Below, piece after piece: positions 1 to 8,908 of a DNA stretch of 44,076 nucleotides; positions within the stretch are counted from its first letter, which is position 1, and each line of letters opens with the position of its first letter. This stretch comes from Thermoproteota archaeon. Its GTDB lineage: Archaea; Thermoproteota; EX4484-205; JAAOZP01. The position numbers and the translations under genes are program-made. The notes under the pieces are model-generated. The model saw only the letters and a list, made by a program, of their open reading frames with translations, was not told the origin of the DNA and did not search any database. The stretch lies in the NCBI GenBank assembly GCA_049700215.1, contig JBNAVT010000018.1, positions 1 through 44,076 of the forward strand, in the 5' to 3' direction.

Positions 1-333
1 GTATTCGATCAGCAGCTCCGGCCTGATTTTCTCAGGATCCAGTTTCCTCTCACCATGCCCCCTGGCGTCAACAGCCATTATCGAGAAGCCGAATTTCTCC
101 ACGAATGCTTTAAAGTATAGAACATCCTCCTTACTGCCGCCCAGGCCGTGTAGGAAAAGCATTAGTTTCCCAGATGGGCCTGCCGGGTGGTGTGCAGCCA
201 AGCCCGGAATATCCTCGTCGAACCCAGTTATTCTAAACCTGTTTAAAACGACTCCCTCCTTCGCCTCCCTGCCTACTTCAACATAGTTGATTTTCCCACG
301 GGCTTTCTCATAAGCCTCCTCGTGAGACTCCAT
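1..333 (-). CDS. alpha/beta-fold hydrolase (partial, runs off the left edge)
   Basis: Not in the ORF track. Manual translation from ATG at 333 gives MESHEEAYEK...LMLFLHGLGGSKED...FSIMAVDARGHGER, with the HG-x-GG and D-x-RGHG motifs; open to position 1. Confidence 0.85.
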   Translation of the reverse strand, partial: MESHEEAYEKARGKINYVEVGREAKEGVVLNRFRITGFDEDIPGLAAHHPAGPSGKLMLFLHGLGGSKEDVLYFKAFVEKFGFSIMAVDARGHGERKLDPEKIRPELLIEY

Positions 334-407
334 GCCGCCAATATTTTCCCCGGAGGCTAATAAAGATTATAGTGTTCACGCTCGTTTGGAAAAACGCATG
401 CTATGGA

Positions 408-1112
408 TTAGGCTAAAACGTTCAGAATCGAGAATGCTTCAGGCGCGAAAAAGTAGAACAGCATGAGGATCAGGAAGGCGGAGATCGGGACAGTTATGTT
501 GTCGTCTATAGGGCCGAACTCGAAATGCTCGATCACGCTGCTGAACAGCCCGGCGACGACACCTGGTAGTGCAAGCTTCAACCCGATCACGATGTTGACG
601 ATAGCCATAGCCAGGTTTCCCCACCACGACTTCGTACGTCTCTTAAACATGGCGTTCCTGACAAGCCCGGTTACAGCATCCCCTAGAGCCATGAACATTA
701 TGGGTATTACTCCAAACCAGAAGTTTCCGCCGGCGAACCCGCCTGTGAGGAGCCAGCCCGCGGTTAGAATCAGCCCCCAGCTGAGGCAGAAGTGAACCTC
801 GTAAGCATTATCGCTCGTCTGAAACCAGTACATGGGCTTTTTAAGAATGTGGGGGATGAGTGTGAAAACCCCTAGAACCATTGAGAGGACCAACGGGTAA
901 AATGGTGTGCTGAAAGTGAATGGTACAAGGTAGCCTATTAACCCGCCTGCTAGAATGTGAATAATCTTCCTGTTATAGTATACCGCCACCCCCTCGGGAA
1001 CCTTCTTGACGAGAATCTTGTAGCAAAGGTATGTTAACACTCCTACGACGAACAATACCCATATGAAGAATATGCCGGCGTATAGGCCTTCAGCCAGTAG
1101 GGTTTCAAGCAA
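408..1112 (-). CDS. dolichol/phytol kinase-like CTP-dependent membrane kinase
   Basis: Multi-pass hydrophobic protein with RKIIHI, GDAVTGLVR, KSWWG and DDNITVP motifs. Confidence 0.8.
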   Translation of the reverse strand: MLETLLAEGLYAGIFFIWVLFVVGVLTYLCYKILVKKVPEGVAVYYNRKIIHILAGGLIGYLVPFTFSTPFYPLVLSMVLGVFTLIPHILKKPMYWFQTSDNAYEVHFCLSWGLILTAGWLLTGGFAGGNFWFGVIPIMFMALGDAVTGLVRNAMFKRRTKSWWGNLAMAIVNIVIGLKLALPGVVAGLFSSVIEHFEFGPIDDNITVPISAFLILMLFYFFAPEAFSILNVLA

Positions 1113-1233
1113 CTTGTCTAACTCGTTTTAGAAGGCTTTAAAACTGTTTTTCAACGAGGATTAAATTTTAACGACACTTGTCTAACTGCTTGTTGAATTG
1201 GAGGAGGAATCCTCTTATTTACTCCCATAAATC

Positions 1234-1695
1234 CTAAATAGACACGTTGAAATCCTCTTTAACCACGGTTAAGACGAAGTGAGTATTGGTTCTCTCAACG
1301 TTCGGCATTGACAGAATCCTCTTCGTAAACCTGCTTAATTCAGCCGGGTTCCTAAACTTGCTTATCACTATAGCGTCAAAATCCCCCGTGACGTCGTAGA
1401 CTGCGCAGACCCCCGGCAGTTCAGCAAGCTTCTTCTCCACCTCCACAAGCTTACCCTTCGAAACCCTTATCTCAGTAACGCTGGTAACTGAGAACCCGAG
1501 TTTCTCGTAATCCAAGCTTAAAGTATACTTTTTCAAAACCCTGTTTTCTTCCATCCTCCTTATTCTGGCTAGAACCGTCCCGGGGGCGACTCCAAGCTTT
1601 TTAGCTATTCTCCTATAGGACATTCTTGAATCAGACGTAAGCTCCCTGAGTATTTTCAGATCCAGCTCGTCTAACGCTTGCTCCGTCGAAGACAT
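1234..1695 (-). CDS. Lrp/AsnC family transcriptional regulator
   Basis: N-terminal HTH (LDELDLKILREL..DSRMSY..IAKKLGV) and C-terminal RAM domain (YDVTGDFD). Confidence 0.95.
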   Translation of the reverse strand: MSSTEQALDELDLKILRELTSDSRMSYRRIAKKLGVAPGTVLARIRRMEENRVLKKYTLSLDYEKLGFSVTSVTEIRVSKGKLVEVEKKLAELPGVCAVYDVTGDFDAIVISKFRNPAELSRFTKRILSMPNVERTNTHFVLTVVKEDFNVSI

Positions 1696-1740
1696 GTTTG
1701 AATATGCGGGCTGCGAGATTATAAAAGTTTGCTAAAAACC

Positions 1741-2958
1741 TTACTCAACTTTCCCTAGAGTTTTTTCAACGAAGCCGAGTAGAATGCTCTCATACTCCGT
1801 CAAGTCTCGCCCACCCGGGTAGTTGACGTATTCACAGACGTGTGAAACCTCGAAGCCGGCCTCGCTCAATCTTGAGGAAAGCTGGCTTGCCGCCGTCCCT
1901 CCCCAAAGCTTCGTAACAGTTACGGCCGCAAGCTTTCCAACACCCATTTTCTTTATCCGGAGAAGCTCGACAATGCTGCTTAGGGACGGGAACACGTTTC
2001 CCTCGTAGGTCGGCGTTATGAAGACGACTCCCGCTGAATCAATAATGTCGCTTAAAACATTGGTCACACTACTGTCCACGGAACTGTGAAGAGCAACCTC
2101 GTCCACCATGTCCCTAAGGAGGCTGCACGCGTGTCTCGCAAGCCGCTCCGTAAAACCGTACATGGACCCGTATACCACAGTTATCTTCCTCCTGCTTTTT
2201 AACCTGCACCAGGAGGTTAACACCTCAGTAACCTCTGGGATCCTGCTTCTTAAGACGACCCCGTGCGCAGGAGCAATAATCCTTAGGCTTAAACCAAGTT
2301 TTCCAACCTTGTCTAAGGCTTTCAGAACCATCTGCCTGTATGCTGCGACGACTGTTGCAAAATACTGCTTGGCGTTGTGCATGTATTGCTCGAAATCTGT
2401 TTCATCGTCGAAAACAGGCTTCTCCAAAGCGCCGAAGGCGCCGAAGGCGTCGGAGCTGAACAGGATTCCCTCGTCCTCAAGGTAGAGGAGCATAGTGTCC
2501 GGCCAGTGTATCCAGGGAAGCTCAATAACCCTGAGCCTCCTTCCACCGACGCTCACAGTATCCCCGTCTTTCACAACCCTCGTCTCAACGTTGAACATGC
2601 TTCTCATGAGGGCGGAGGCCCTCAGAGTAGAGTATAATACTGGGTTTCCAACCCTGTTTGAAACCTCTCCTATAAGACTGCTGTGATCAGGCTCTGCGTG
2701 GAGCACTGCGATATGCCTTATGTGACTCGGGTCAGAAAACTGTTTGAGAAGACCTAACAATTCTTCAGCAGCATAAATATTTTTAGAGGAATCTATCAGA
2801 AGATACTCGCCGTCGTCGGCAACAAGGTAAGCGTTGTAGTTGACTCCACCTGGTATTGGCCAAATGTTTTCGAAGAGCCTGGTTTCATAATCAGGCATGC
2901 TCAGCCAATAAACGTCTCTGCCGATAGTCCTCCAGGATGGGGTGGGCATGCTTAACAC
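1741..2958 (-). CDS. fprA: FprA-type flavodiiron protein (metallo-beta-lactamase plus flavodoxin domains)
   Basis: Diiron ligand motifs HAEPDH, HWPD, SDAFG and PAHG; flavodoxin loop YGSMYGFT. Confidence 0.9.
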   Translation of the reverse strand: MLSMPTPSWRTIGRDVYWLSMPDYETRLFENIWPIPGGVNYNAYLVADDGEYLLIDSSKNIYAAEELLGLLKQFSDPSHIRHIAVLHAEPDHSSLIGEVSNRVGNPVLYSTLRASALMRSMFNVETRVVKDGDTVSVGGRRLRVIELPWIHWPDTMLLYLEDEGILFSSDAFGAFGALEKPVFDDETDFEQYMHNAKQYFATVVAAYRQMVLKALDKVGKLGLSLRIIAPAHGVVLRSRIPEVTEVLTSWCRLKSRRKITVVYGSMYGFTERLARHACSLLRDMVDEVALHSSVDSSVTNVLSDIIDSAGVVFITPTYEGNVFPSLSSIVELLRIKKMGVGKLAAVTVTKLWGGTAASQLSSRLSEAGFEVSHVCEYVNYPGGRDLTEYESILLGFVEKTLGKVE

Positions 2959-2960
2959 TC

Positions 2961-4253
2961 TTAAAAACGCTTTAAAAGCCTTCCCAGTATCGAAGGCCCG
3001 GCTAGGCCACGGGGCTTCTGCCTGACCCTTGCCAAGATAACTGTGCTGGCGGTGGAGAATAGGGCTGAGGCTAAGAAGGCCGGTGGGTAACCGTATTCTT
3101 CAATAACCAGTCCCCCGATGATGGGGGCGACGGCTTGCGAGGGTGCTCTCAGAGCACTGTTTAAACCGATGTATGTAGGCCTATCTTCCTCCGGAGCCAT
3201 CTCCATGAGCATTGGGAAGCTTGAAACCATGAACGAGCTGAAGGAAGCTCCTGATAGAGCGAAAACCAGCAGGAAGTGGCTCGGCGAGGTGGCGAGCAGG
3301 GCGATAATGGTAGCCAGAATGCCCGCTACGCCTCCTGCGACGAGCACCGTCTTATGGCCATGCTTCTCCTGAATGAAGCCCCAGAGAATATTGGCGAGTA
3401 TCTGTGCTCCAACTGAGACTGATGTGAACAATCCTATTTCGAAGCCTCCTGCTTTAAACCTGTCTATAGCGTACGCTGTGTAGAAGGAGGAGGCGATTCC
3501 CCCGAAGGAGCCCACTATCCCGGAAACCGTGTAAAACATGTAGTTTACATCGTTCTTGATGATTCCCGGAATCTTGCCGACGTATTCTCTGACGCTGCGC
3601 GGCTTCCCAGCTACGTTTGACGGCGGCTCGTCTATGAACGTGATGTCCACCCAGGATATGGAGACGAGTATGAACGCGGTTAGGAAACACATGAAATAGT
3701 TTACAGGGTATTTGAAGAAATCCATGTAGAAAGCCACGGCGACGCCGCTCGCCAGCCCTAGAACTGACGAGGCGAGGTTTGCAGTCGCGAAGAAGAAGCC
3801 CCTCTTCCCCTCGGGAATCGTCTTGGCAACAATATCTAGCCAAGCGGTGGTGCATAGGCCGGAGGAAACGTTTATCGTAGTGTACGACGCGTAGAATATG
3901 AGCAGGGCTAGTAAAGGATTTTTCTGGGCGAGCAGGATTGTTGAGAAAGCAATTATGAGCCACGGTATTCTTTCACCCGGAGTTATTCTCAGTAGAAAAG
4001 GCTTCTTATACTTCCTCATTTCTATTCTTCCAGCCGAGACGAGTTGGAAAAAATTCCATCCTAAGACCGATATCGTTGTAACTAGTCCCACCGCGATCTT
4101 AGAGTCGGTGAGGCTCATTATGAACGCGGGCAGGACAGTAGCAACGGATACGAAGTTCATCGCTGAACCATAAGTCATCCAGTCTATGAGCAGGACTAGA
4201 AGGTTCCTCCTATACCTTTTTCCCGAAGCCTCATCGTCAAGCGCCTGAGCCAT
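2961..4253 (-). CDS. MFS transporter
   Basis: 430 aa, about 12 hydrophobic segments, MFS loop motifs (PEGKRG, GFIQEKHGHK, PEEDRPTY). Confidence 0.9.
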   Translation of the reverse strand: MAQALDDEASGKRYRRNLLVLLIDWMTYGSAMNFVSVATVLPAFIMSLTDSKIAVGLVTTISVLGWNFFQLVSAGRIEMRKYKKPFLLRITPGERIPWLIIAFSTILLAQKNPLLALLIFYASYTTINVSSGLCTTAWLDIVAKTIPEGKRGFFFATANLASSVLGLASGVAVAFYMDFFKYPVNYFMCFLTAFILVSISWVDITFIDEPPSNVAGKPRSVREYVGKIPGIIKNDVNYMFYTVSGIVGSFGGIASSFYTAYAIDRFKAGGFEIGLFTSVSVGAQILANILWGFIQEKHGHKTVLVAGGVAGILATIIALLATSPSHFLLVFALSGASFSSFMVSSFPMLMEMAPEEDRPTYIGLNSALRAPSQAVAPIIGGLVIEEYGYPPAFLASALFSTASTVILARVRQKPRGLAGPSILGRLLKRF

Positions 4254-4348
4254 CTATGGATGCCTGCTGATAAAAACTGGATTTAAATGTGTTTTCCCAT
4301 CTTTTTTCCACTATAAGGTTTATTTCAGCCCTCGGAACAACATGGGCT

Positions 4349-4888
4349 ATGGCTTACGTGAAAATAGGGGGCTGCACAGTAAGGCTTGCGAAGGGAGACA
4401 TCACGAGGCTGAGGGTCGACGCGATCGTTAACGCGGCTAACAGTTGGCTGAAACACGGTGGTGGAGTGGCGGCAGCCATAGTCAGGGCTGGAGGCAGGAT
4501 TATTCAAGAGGAGAGCAACAGGATTGTTGAGCAGAAGGGGCCTTTGAAGGTTGGCGACGCAGTCTACACTACGGCAGGCTCCCTGGGGGCGAAGTACGTT
4601 ATCCACACCGTCGGCCCGAGAATGGGCGAGGGCGACGAGGAGGAGAAGCTTAGGAGCGCCACGCTCAACAGTCTGAAGCTTGCTGAGCAGCTTGGTTTAA
4701 GCTCAATAGCGTTCCCGGCAATATCCACAGGCGTATTCGGCTACCCTAAGGATAAGTGTGCCCAAGTAATGCTGAGAACAGTTAGGGAATACGTTTACTC
4801 AGGTGGAAAAATAAGGGAAATCATACTCTGTCTTCTCGACGAGGAAACATACAGGGTTTTTGAAGAAACACTTTGGAAAACGTTTTAA
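4349..4888 (+). CDS. macrodomain protein (ADP-ribose binding/hydrolase, YmdB-like)
   Basis: GDIT..VDAIVNAAN..LKHGGGVAAAI, VIHTVGP and AFPAISTGVFGYP. Start moved to ATG 4349, about 35 bp after the TATA-like ctataagg. Confidence 0.95.
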   Translation: MAYVKIGGCTVRLAKGDITRLRVDAIVNAANSWLKHGGGVAAAIVRAGGRIIQEESNRIVEQKGPLKVGDAVYTTAGSLGAKYVIHTVGPRMGEGDEEEKLRSATLNSLKLAEQLGLSSIAFPAISTGVFGYPKDKCAQVMLRTVREYVYSGGKIREIILCLLDEETYRVFEETLWKTF

Positions 4889-4910
4889 CAAGGCGATTTA
4901 AGATAGTCAA

Positions 4911-4965
4911 CGGATGAGGAATTAAGGTGGTCTCTGAACAGTAGTGAGAAACCCCGTTCCGATGT
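4911..4965 (+). ncRNA. candidate box C/D guide sRNA
   Basis: ATGAGGA (C, 4914-4920), 13 nt, CTGA (D', 4934-4937), GTAGTGA (C', 4941-4947), 11 nt, CCGA (D, 4959-4962), lying between convergent genes. No target identified. Confidence 0.4.
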
Positions 4966-4969
4966 GGGC

Positions 4970-5788
4970 TTAACCAGAGTTTTTGAACACTCGAATTATC
5001 TCTTCACCAAGGCTTCTCGAGCAAGCTGCTACAACCGGGCTTTTCGAAACAGGCACTAGTTTAACCTGAAGATCCTCCCCCTCCCCGTTCAAAACTACTC
5101 CCCCAGCCTCCCTCACTATTAAAAACGCTGCCGCGAAGTCTAGGCTCCTCAGAAAACCCCTCAGGTCTACGAAGGCATCAGCCGCCCCTGAGGCCACTAG
5201 ACATATTTCAAGCGCGTCAGTCCCTAATGATCTAACGTGCCTAGCCTTCTCGATTATGCGCGACAACCGGTTAACGTAACCCGGCAGCCTACCCCTGACG
5301 TTAAGGTCGACAGCTATCAGAGCCTCCTCAATCCTCTCAGTGTTCGAAGCCTTCAGCCTACCACCGTTCAAGAATGCCCCATGATTCTTCTCAGCAAAGT
5401 AAAAGTCACCGTTTAAAAGATTGATCACTCCGGAGCATACGACGTCGCTCAGGCTCTCCCCTTCTGCAACCCCTATTGAACAGCTGTAGCAGGGATATCC
5501 TCTTGAAGCGTTAACACTCCCGTCGACAGGGTCAACGATTATGAAAGGAGGCCCGCCGCCCCCAATCTCCATCAGCCCGGATTCCTCGCTAACAACCGTC
5601 GCGTCTTTAAAGAAAAGCCTGGTTGCTTCTAAAACCGTTTCCTCAGCAACCCTGTCAACCTTGAAAGTCTGGTCTCCGAAAGGGTTTACTGAGACTCTTC
5701 CCCGGATCGACTGCTCATCCATCACACTAATCTTTTCAAAACATTTTTTCAAAGCCTCCTTAACGTACTCTGAATACTTGCTCTCCAT
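4970..5788 (-). CDS. inositol monophosphatase / fructose-1,6-bisphosphatase family protein
   Basis: SEE, IVDPVDGS and LRSLDFAA motifs. Start moved from the track's 5959 to ATG 5788 (MESKYSEY). Confidence 0.9.
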   Translation of the reverse strand: MESKYSEYVKEALKKCFEKISVMDEQSIRGRVSVNPFGDQTFKVDRVAEETVLEATRLFFKDATVVSEESGLMEIGGGGPPFIIVDPVDGSVNASRGYPCYSCSIGVAEGESLSDVVCSGVINLLNGDFYFAEKNHGAFLNGGRLKASNTERIEEALIAVDLNVRGRLPGYVNRLSRIIEKARHVRSLGTDALEICLVASGAADAFVDLRGFLRSLDFAAAFLIVREAGGVVLNGEGEDLQVKLVPVSKSPVVAACSRSLGEEIIRVFKNSG

Positions 5789-5924
5789 CTCGACGCTCCC
5801 GCAGTCGGGGACTCCTGTTCCCCAGGCTTTATAGACTTTATGGCTTATGTGCAGGAGGTTCAGGGCTGGGTCGACTGGTACAAGGTAACGTTTTAATCTC
5901 CTCCCGGCATAGTCATACCAGGCG

Positions 5925-6443
5925 ATGACCAGCCCGCCGGAGAAGCAGGAGTATTTCATGAGGGTGGAGGCCTATTTTCAGAAGCCAGGCGGATACTGGC
6001 CCCTGCTTGTCGAATCTCTTAAAAAAGTCTCCAGACACGTTTCAACAAGGCTCCGCACAGAGGTCTATGAGGATTTCAGCGTGACGCTTTTCCACGAGGA
6101 AGAGCTTGAGAAAACCATGCATGCTTCACTCCATTTCTCCGGTTTGAAAAACCCCCTTACTGCCGACAGGATTGTCGACAGTATTCTCGAGCTATGCGAG
6201 CATGTTGAGACATACCTTACCGTAAAGGGTGGTGTAGAGCAGTTCCAGGGGCTTGGTGAAAGCCTTTACGTGGAGGGGGTTGGAGTAAGGGTTTCAACCT
6301 ACCCTGAGAAGGGGGTTGTCACGTTTTCCTACAGGCTTTTCAAGCCGAACAGGGGTATTAACCTGGCTTCCAGGATCATCTCCAAAACAGCGGGAAGGAG
6401 CAGGGCTTTTTCAGAAAGACTTAGAAGCCTTCTGAGGCCCTAG
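5925..6443 (+). CDS. hypothetical protein upstream of crenactin
   Basis: 172-aa soluble ORF with genome-typical codon usage; no family recognised. Confidence 0.65.
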   Translation: MTSPPEKQEYFMRVEAYFQKPGGYWPLLVESLKKVSRHVSTRLRTEVYEDFSVTLFHEEELEKTMHASLHFSGLKNPLTADRIVDSILELCEHVETYLTVKGGVEQFQGLGESLYVEGVGVRVSTYPEKGVVTFSYRLFKPNRGINLASRIISKTAGRSRAFSERLRSLLRP

Positions 6444-6580
6444 CCCGCTTTCCCACGGCTTTTCGAAAGGTTTTAAGAGGCTTCGAGGCTTGTTGAAGAG
6501 CCGGGGGAGTTTTAAACGCTGAACCAGTAGCTTTTTTAAATGGTTTAAAGGAGAATTAGAAGGGAGAGTGTGAAGGAGGA

Positions 6581-7849
6581 TTGTCCGAAGCGTATAAGCG
6601 TTCACACGTGCTGGGAATGGATTATGGGACGAGCTTCTTCAAGTACGGCCCGATCTCACTCGGCGAGACGCCTGAGCTGACGGAGAACAGGGGCTACTTC
6701 CCGGATAAGGATGCGATAATGACTAGGATAATGGGCGAGGGCAGGGAGGTTGTGGTGGGCAGGGATATTCCGCTATACTTGGAGGCTAGGGAAGACCTGG
6801 CTTCAAGACTCGTCTACCCTTTTAGAAACGGCGTCATAGATAAGAATGACAGCAGGGCCTGGCAGGTTGTTGAAGAGGTTTCTCGAATGGCGCTTAGAGA
6901 GTTCACTCCGAAGGAGGAGGGGTTTAACGGTTTCTACGTTGTAGCCTCGCTTTCAGCAGTCGCGCCGAGATACATGTATGAGAAGCTGTTCGACATCTAC
7001 AGGAGGATAGACTCGGAGGAGCATACTGTCGCGGCGGCCACGATAATCCCGCAGCCCCTGGCGGTCGCGATCTCCCACAAGGTTCCTACTAGCGTCGTCG
7101 TCGAATCCGGGCATGGGAACACGCAGATAACCCCGATCTCTAGATACCCTGTTAGAACAGCCATCATCGCTCTCAACAGGGGTGGGGGGGACGCTAACTC
7201 GATAACGGCGGAGATATTGAAGGACAGTGGTTACGGCGACCTTGCTAAGGAGGAGACTGTCGTCAGACAGGTGAAGGAGCAGGTTGGCCTTGTGCCCAGG
7301 AGGCTGGAGGAGGCGATAAGGTTTGGGAGGGAGAACCCGGATAAGCTTGCCGCGGTGATAAACATACCTGGAACAAGGCTGAGGATAACGCTTGAGGATA
7401 ATGGTTGGCTCAGGTTCCTAATAGGCGAGTATGTTTTCAACCCTAACCATGAGGTTTTTCAAAGCTATTTCTCGAGAGGCATGCCTAGGCCTGGGGATGT
7501 TAAGGTCGGGGACACGTTTTTCCTAGGCATGCTCGACATGGCTGAGGCGATAGTGCAGTCGATCGAGAAATGCCCGGTTGAGCTTCAACCATACTTGTAC
7601 AGGCAGATTATACTTTCCGGCGGTAACTTTGAGTGGAGAGTCCCCCCGGGTCTTGAAACCACGTGTGTAAACTCTGTTGAAAAGATTAAGAGTATGCTGA
7701 GCGAGAAAGGGTTGTCTGAAACAGGAGTCGTGATGGCGAGCTCGCCGAAATACTCTGTCTGGAGGGGGTGCATAGTATACGGCTACGCTGTCCCAGAGGG
7801 CTTCAAGTGGAGCTGGGACAGGATGGAGGGATGGATGAGCTTCAGATGA
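6581..7849 (+). CDS. cren-1: crenactin (archaeal actin homolog)
   Basis: GMDYGTSFFKYGPI (phosphate 1), IIPQPLAVAI, VESGHGNTQITPIS (phosphate 2), LNRGG, ILSGGNFEWRVPPG and YSVWRG..YGY..EGW, collinear with Pyrobaculum crenactin as I recall it. Confidence 0.95.
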   Translation: MSEAYKRSHVLGMDYGTSFFKYGPISLGETPELTENRGYFPDKDAIMTRIMGEGREVVVGRDIPLYLEAREDLASRLVYPFRNGVIDKNDSRAWQVVEEVSRMALREFTPKEEGFNGFYVVASLSAVAPRYMYEKLFDIYRRIDSEEHTVAAATIIPQPLAVAISHKVPTSVVVESGHGNTQITPISRYPVRTAIIALNRGGGDANSITAEILKDSGYGDLAKEETVVRQVKEQVGLVPRRLEEAIRFGRENPDKLAAVINIPGTRLRITLEDNGWLRFLIGEYVFNPNHEVFQSYFSRGMPRPGDVKVGDTFFLGMLDMAEAIVQSIEKCPVELQPYLYRQIILSGGNFEWRVPPGLETTCVNSVEKIKSMLSEKGLSETGVVMASSPKYSVWRGCIVYGYAVPEGFKWSWDRMEGWMSFR

Positions 7850-8511
7850 GCCTCTCGAGAAGAATTATTCAGAGGGTTGAGAAATACTTCTCTAAACAGG
7901 GTTTCCAGGCTAAGGACTATGGTGAAGAGCATGGTGAAGTCGTTTTTTCAAACGGCAGTGAGGAGGCTTTGGTGAAAATACTCTTCGAGGAGGAGGCGGA
8001 CAAGCTTACTCTCTACGAGGCTCTGGCCTCAGTCCTTGAAAAATCCCAGGAGTACAGCATGGTTTACGTCGCCGCCCCCAGGAACCTGGGGGAGGACGTG
8101 GAGACAGCTTCCTTCATGAAGAAGGGTGTCGGGTTAATCCTGTATGACGACTACGGTGCTGAGGAGAGGATACCTGCTGAGAGCAGGCTTAGGAAGGCTG
8201 TGGCCAAGCGGGCTCAGCGGCCTGTTGAAACACAGTCTCTCGAGAAGAGCCTCTGGAGAATAGAGTCTATGATCAGGGAGCTTTCTGAGAGGGTTGACTC
8301 GCTTGAAAAAGCATACTTTTCACTTTTAAGAGAGGTGAGGGAGCTGAGGAAAGTTGCAGAGGGGAGAACGATGGTTGCGGAGGAGTCTGTTCGAAAAGCC
8401 TTCTCCAAGCGGGAGGAACAGGCTGAGACGGGAGGCCTCCCATCATTCTTAAGAGACAACCCCTGGGTAGAAATCCTGTCGAAAAGACCTGAGGAAAACA
8501 GTGGGCCCTAG
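7846..8511 (+). CDS. rkd-2: arcadin-2-like crenactin regulator
   Basis: ATG 7846 overlaps the crenactin TGA (ATGA). Central coiled coil; C-terminal FLRDNPWVEILSKR resembles the arcadin-2 actin-binding tail (ENEWVKILRSKR, recalled). Confidence 0.75.
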   Translation: MSLSRRIIQRVEKYFSKQGFQAKDYGEEHGEVVFSNGSEEALVKILFEEEADKLTLYEALASVLEKSQEYSMVYVAAPRNLGEDVETASFMKKGVGLILYDDYGAEERIPAESRLRKAVAKRAQRPVETQSLEKSLWRIESMIRELSERVDSLEKAYFSLLREVRELRKVAEGRTMVAEESVRKAFSKREEQAETGGLPSFLRDNPWVEILSKRPEENSGP

Positions 8512-8882
8512 GTTTTCCCAGCCTCGTGGAGAGCCTTTCTAAGAACCCTAAGCGGTAGGACTATGCACCTGTAGCGGGGGCTTTTAGAATCCGCGTTGAA
8601 GAATCTTAAGAGATCGTCTTCTTTAAACGTAAGCGCCTCTTCAACAGTCTTTCCCTTAACATGGTCTGTGAGAAGGGATGCTGAAGCGTTGCAGAACAAG
8701 CATGCTTCTGAAGTGAATTTCACGTCCACAATCTTCTTCCCCTCAAGCTTGAAAAACATTCTCAGCCTGTCTCCGCAGGAGTAGTCCGCCTCCTCTGAAA
8801 CAACGTCAGCGTTCTCAATCACACCGTAGTTAGCTGGTTCTCTGAAGCGTTTAAAAAGATCACGGGGATCCTGCGGGCCCAC
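8508..8882 (-). CDS. sufU: SufU/IscU-type Fe-S scaffold or sulfur-transfer protein
   Basis: SCGD, ACLFCNASAS and RYRCIVLP; directly downstream of sufS. Confidence 0.88.
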   Translation of the reverse strand: MGPQDPRDLFKRFREPANYGVIENADVVSEEADYSCGDRLRMFFKLEGKKIVDVKFTSEACLFCNASASLLTDHVKGKTVEEALTFKEDDLLRFFNADSKSPRYRCIVLPLRVLRKALHEAGKT

Positions 8883-8908
8883 GCTGGTTCTCCACCCCCA
8901 TTAAGCAG

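Noticed and set aside
2429-2449. Tandem 9-bp repeat GCGCCGAAG
   Set aside because: It encodes the conserved DAFGAFGA segment of the flavodiiron protein.
5789-5959. N-terminal extension of the IMPase ORF given in the track
   Set aside because: It overlaps the divergent ORF and promoter region; family similarity starts at MESKY (5788).
6411-6605. 64-aa minus-strand ORF across the crenactin upstream region
   Set aside because: It overlaps both neighbours and the likely promoter, with no coding signature.
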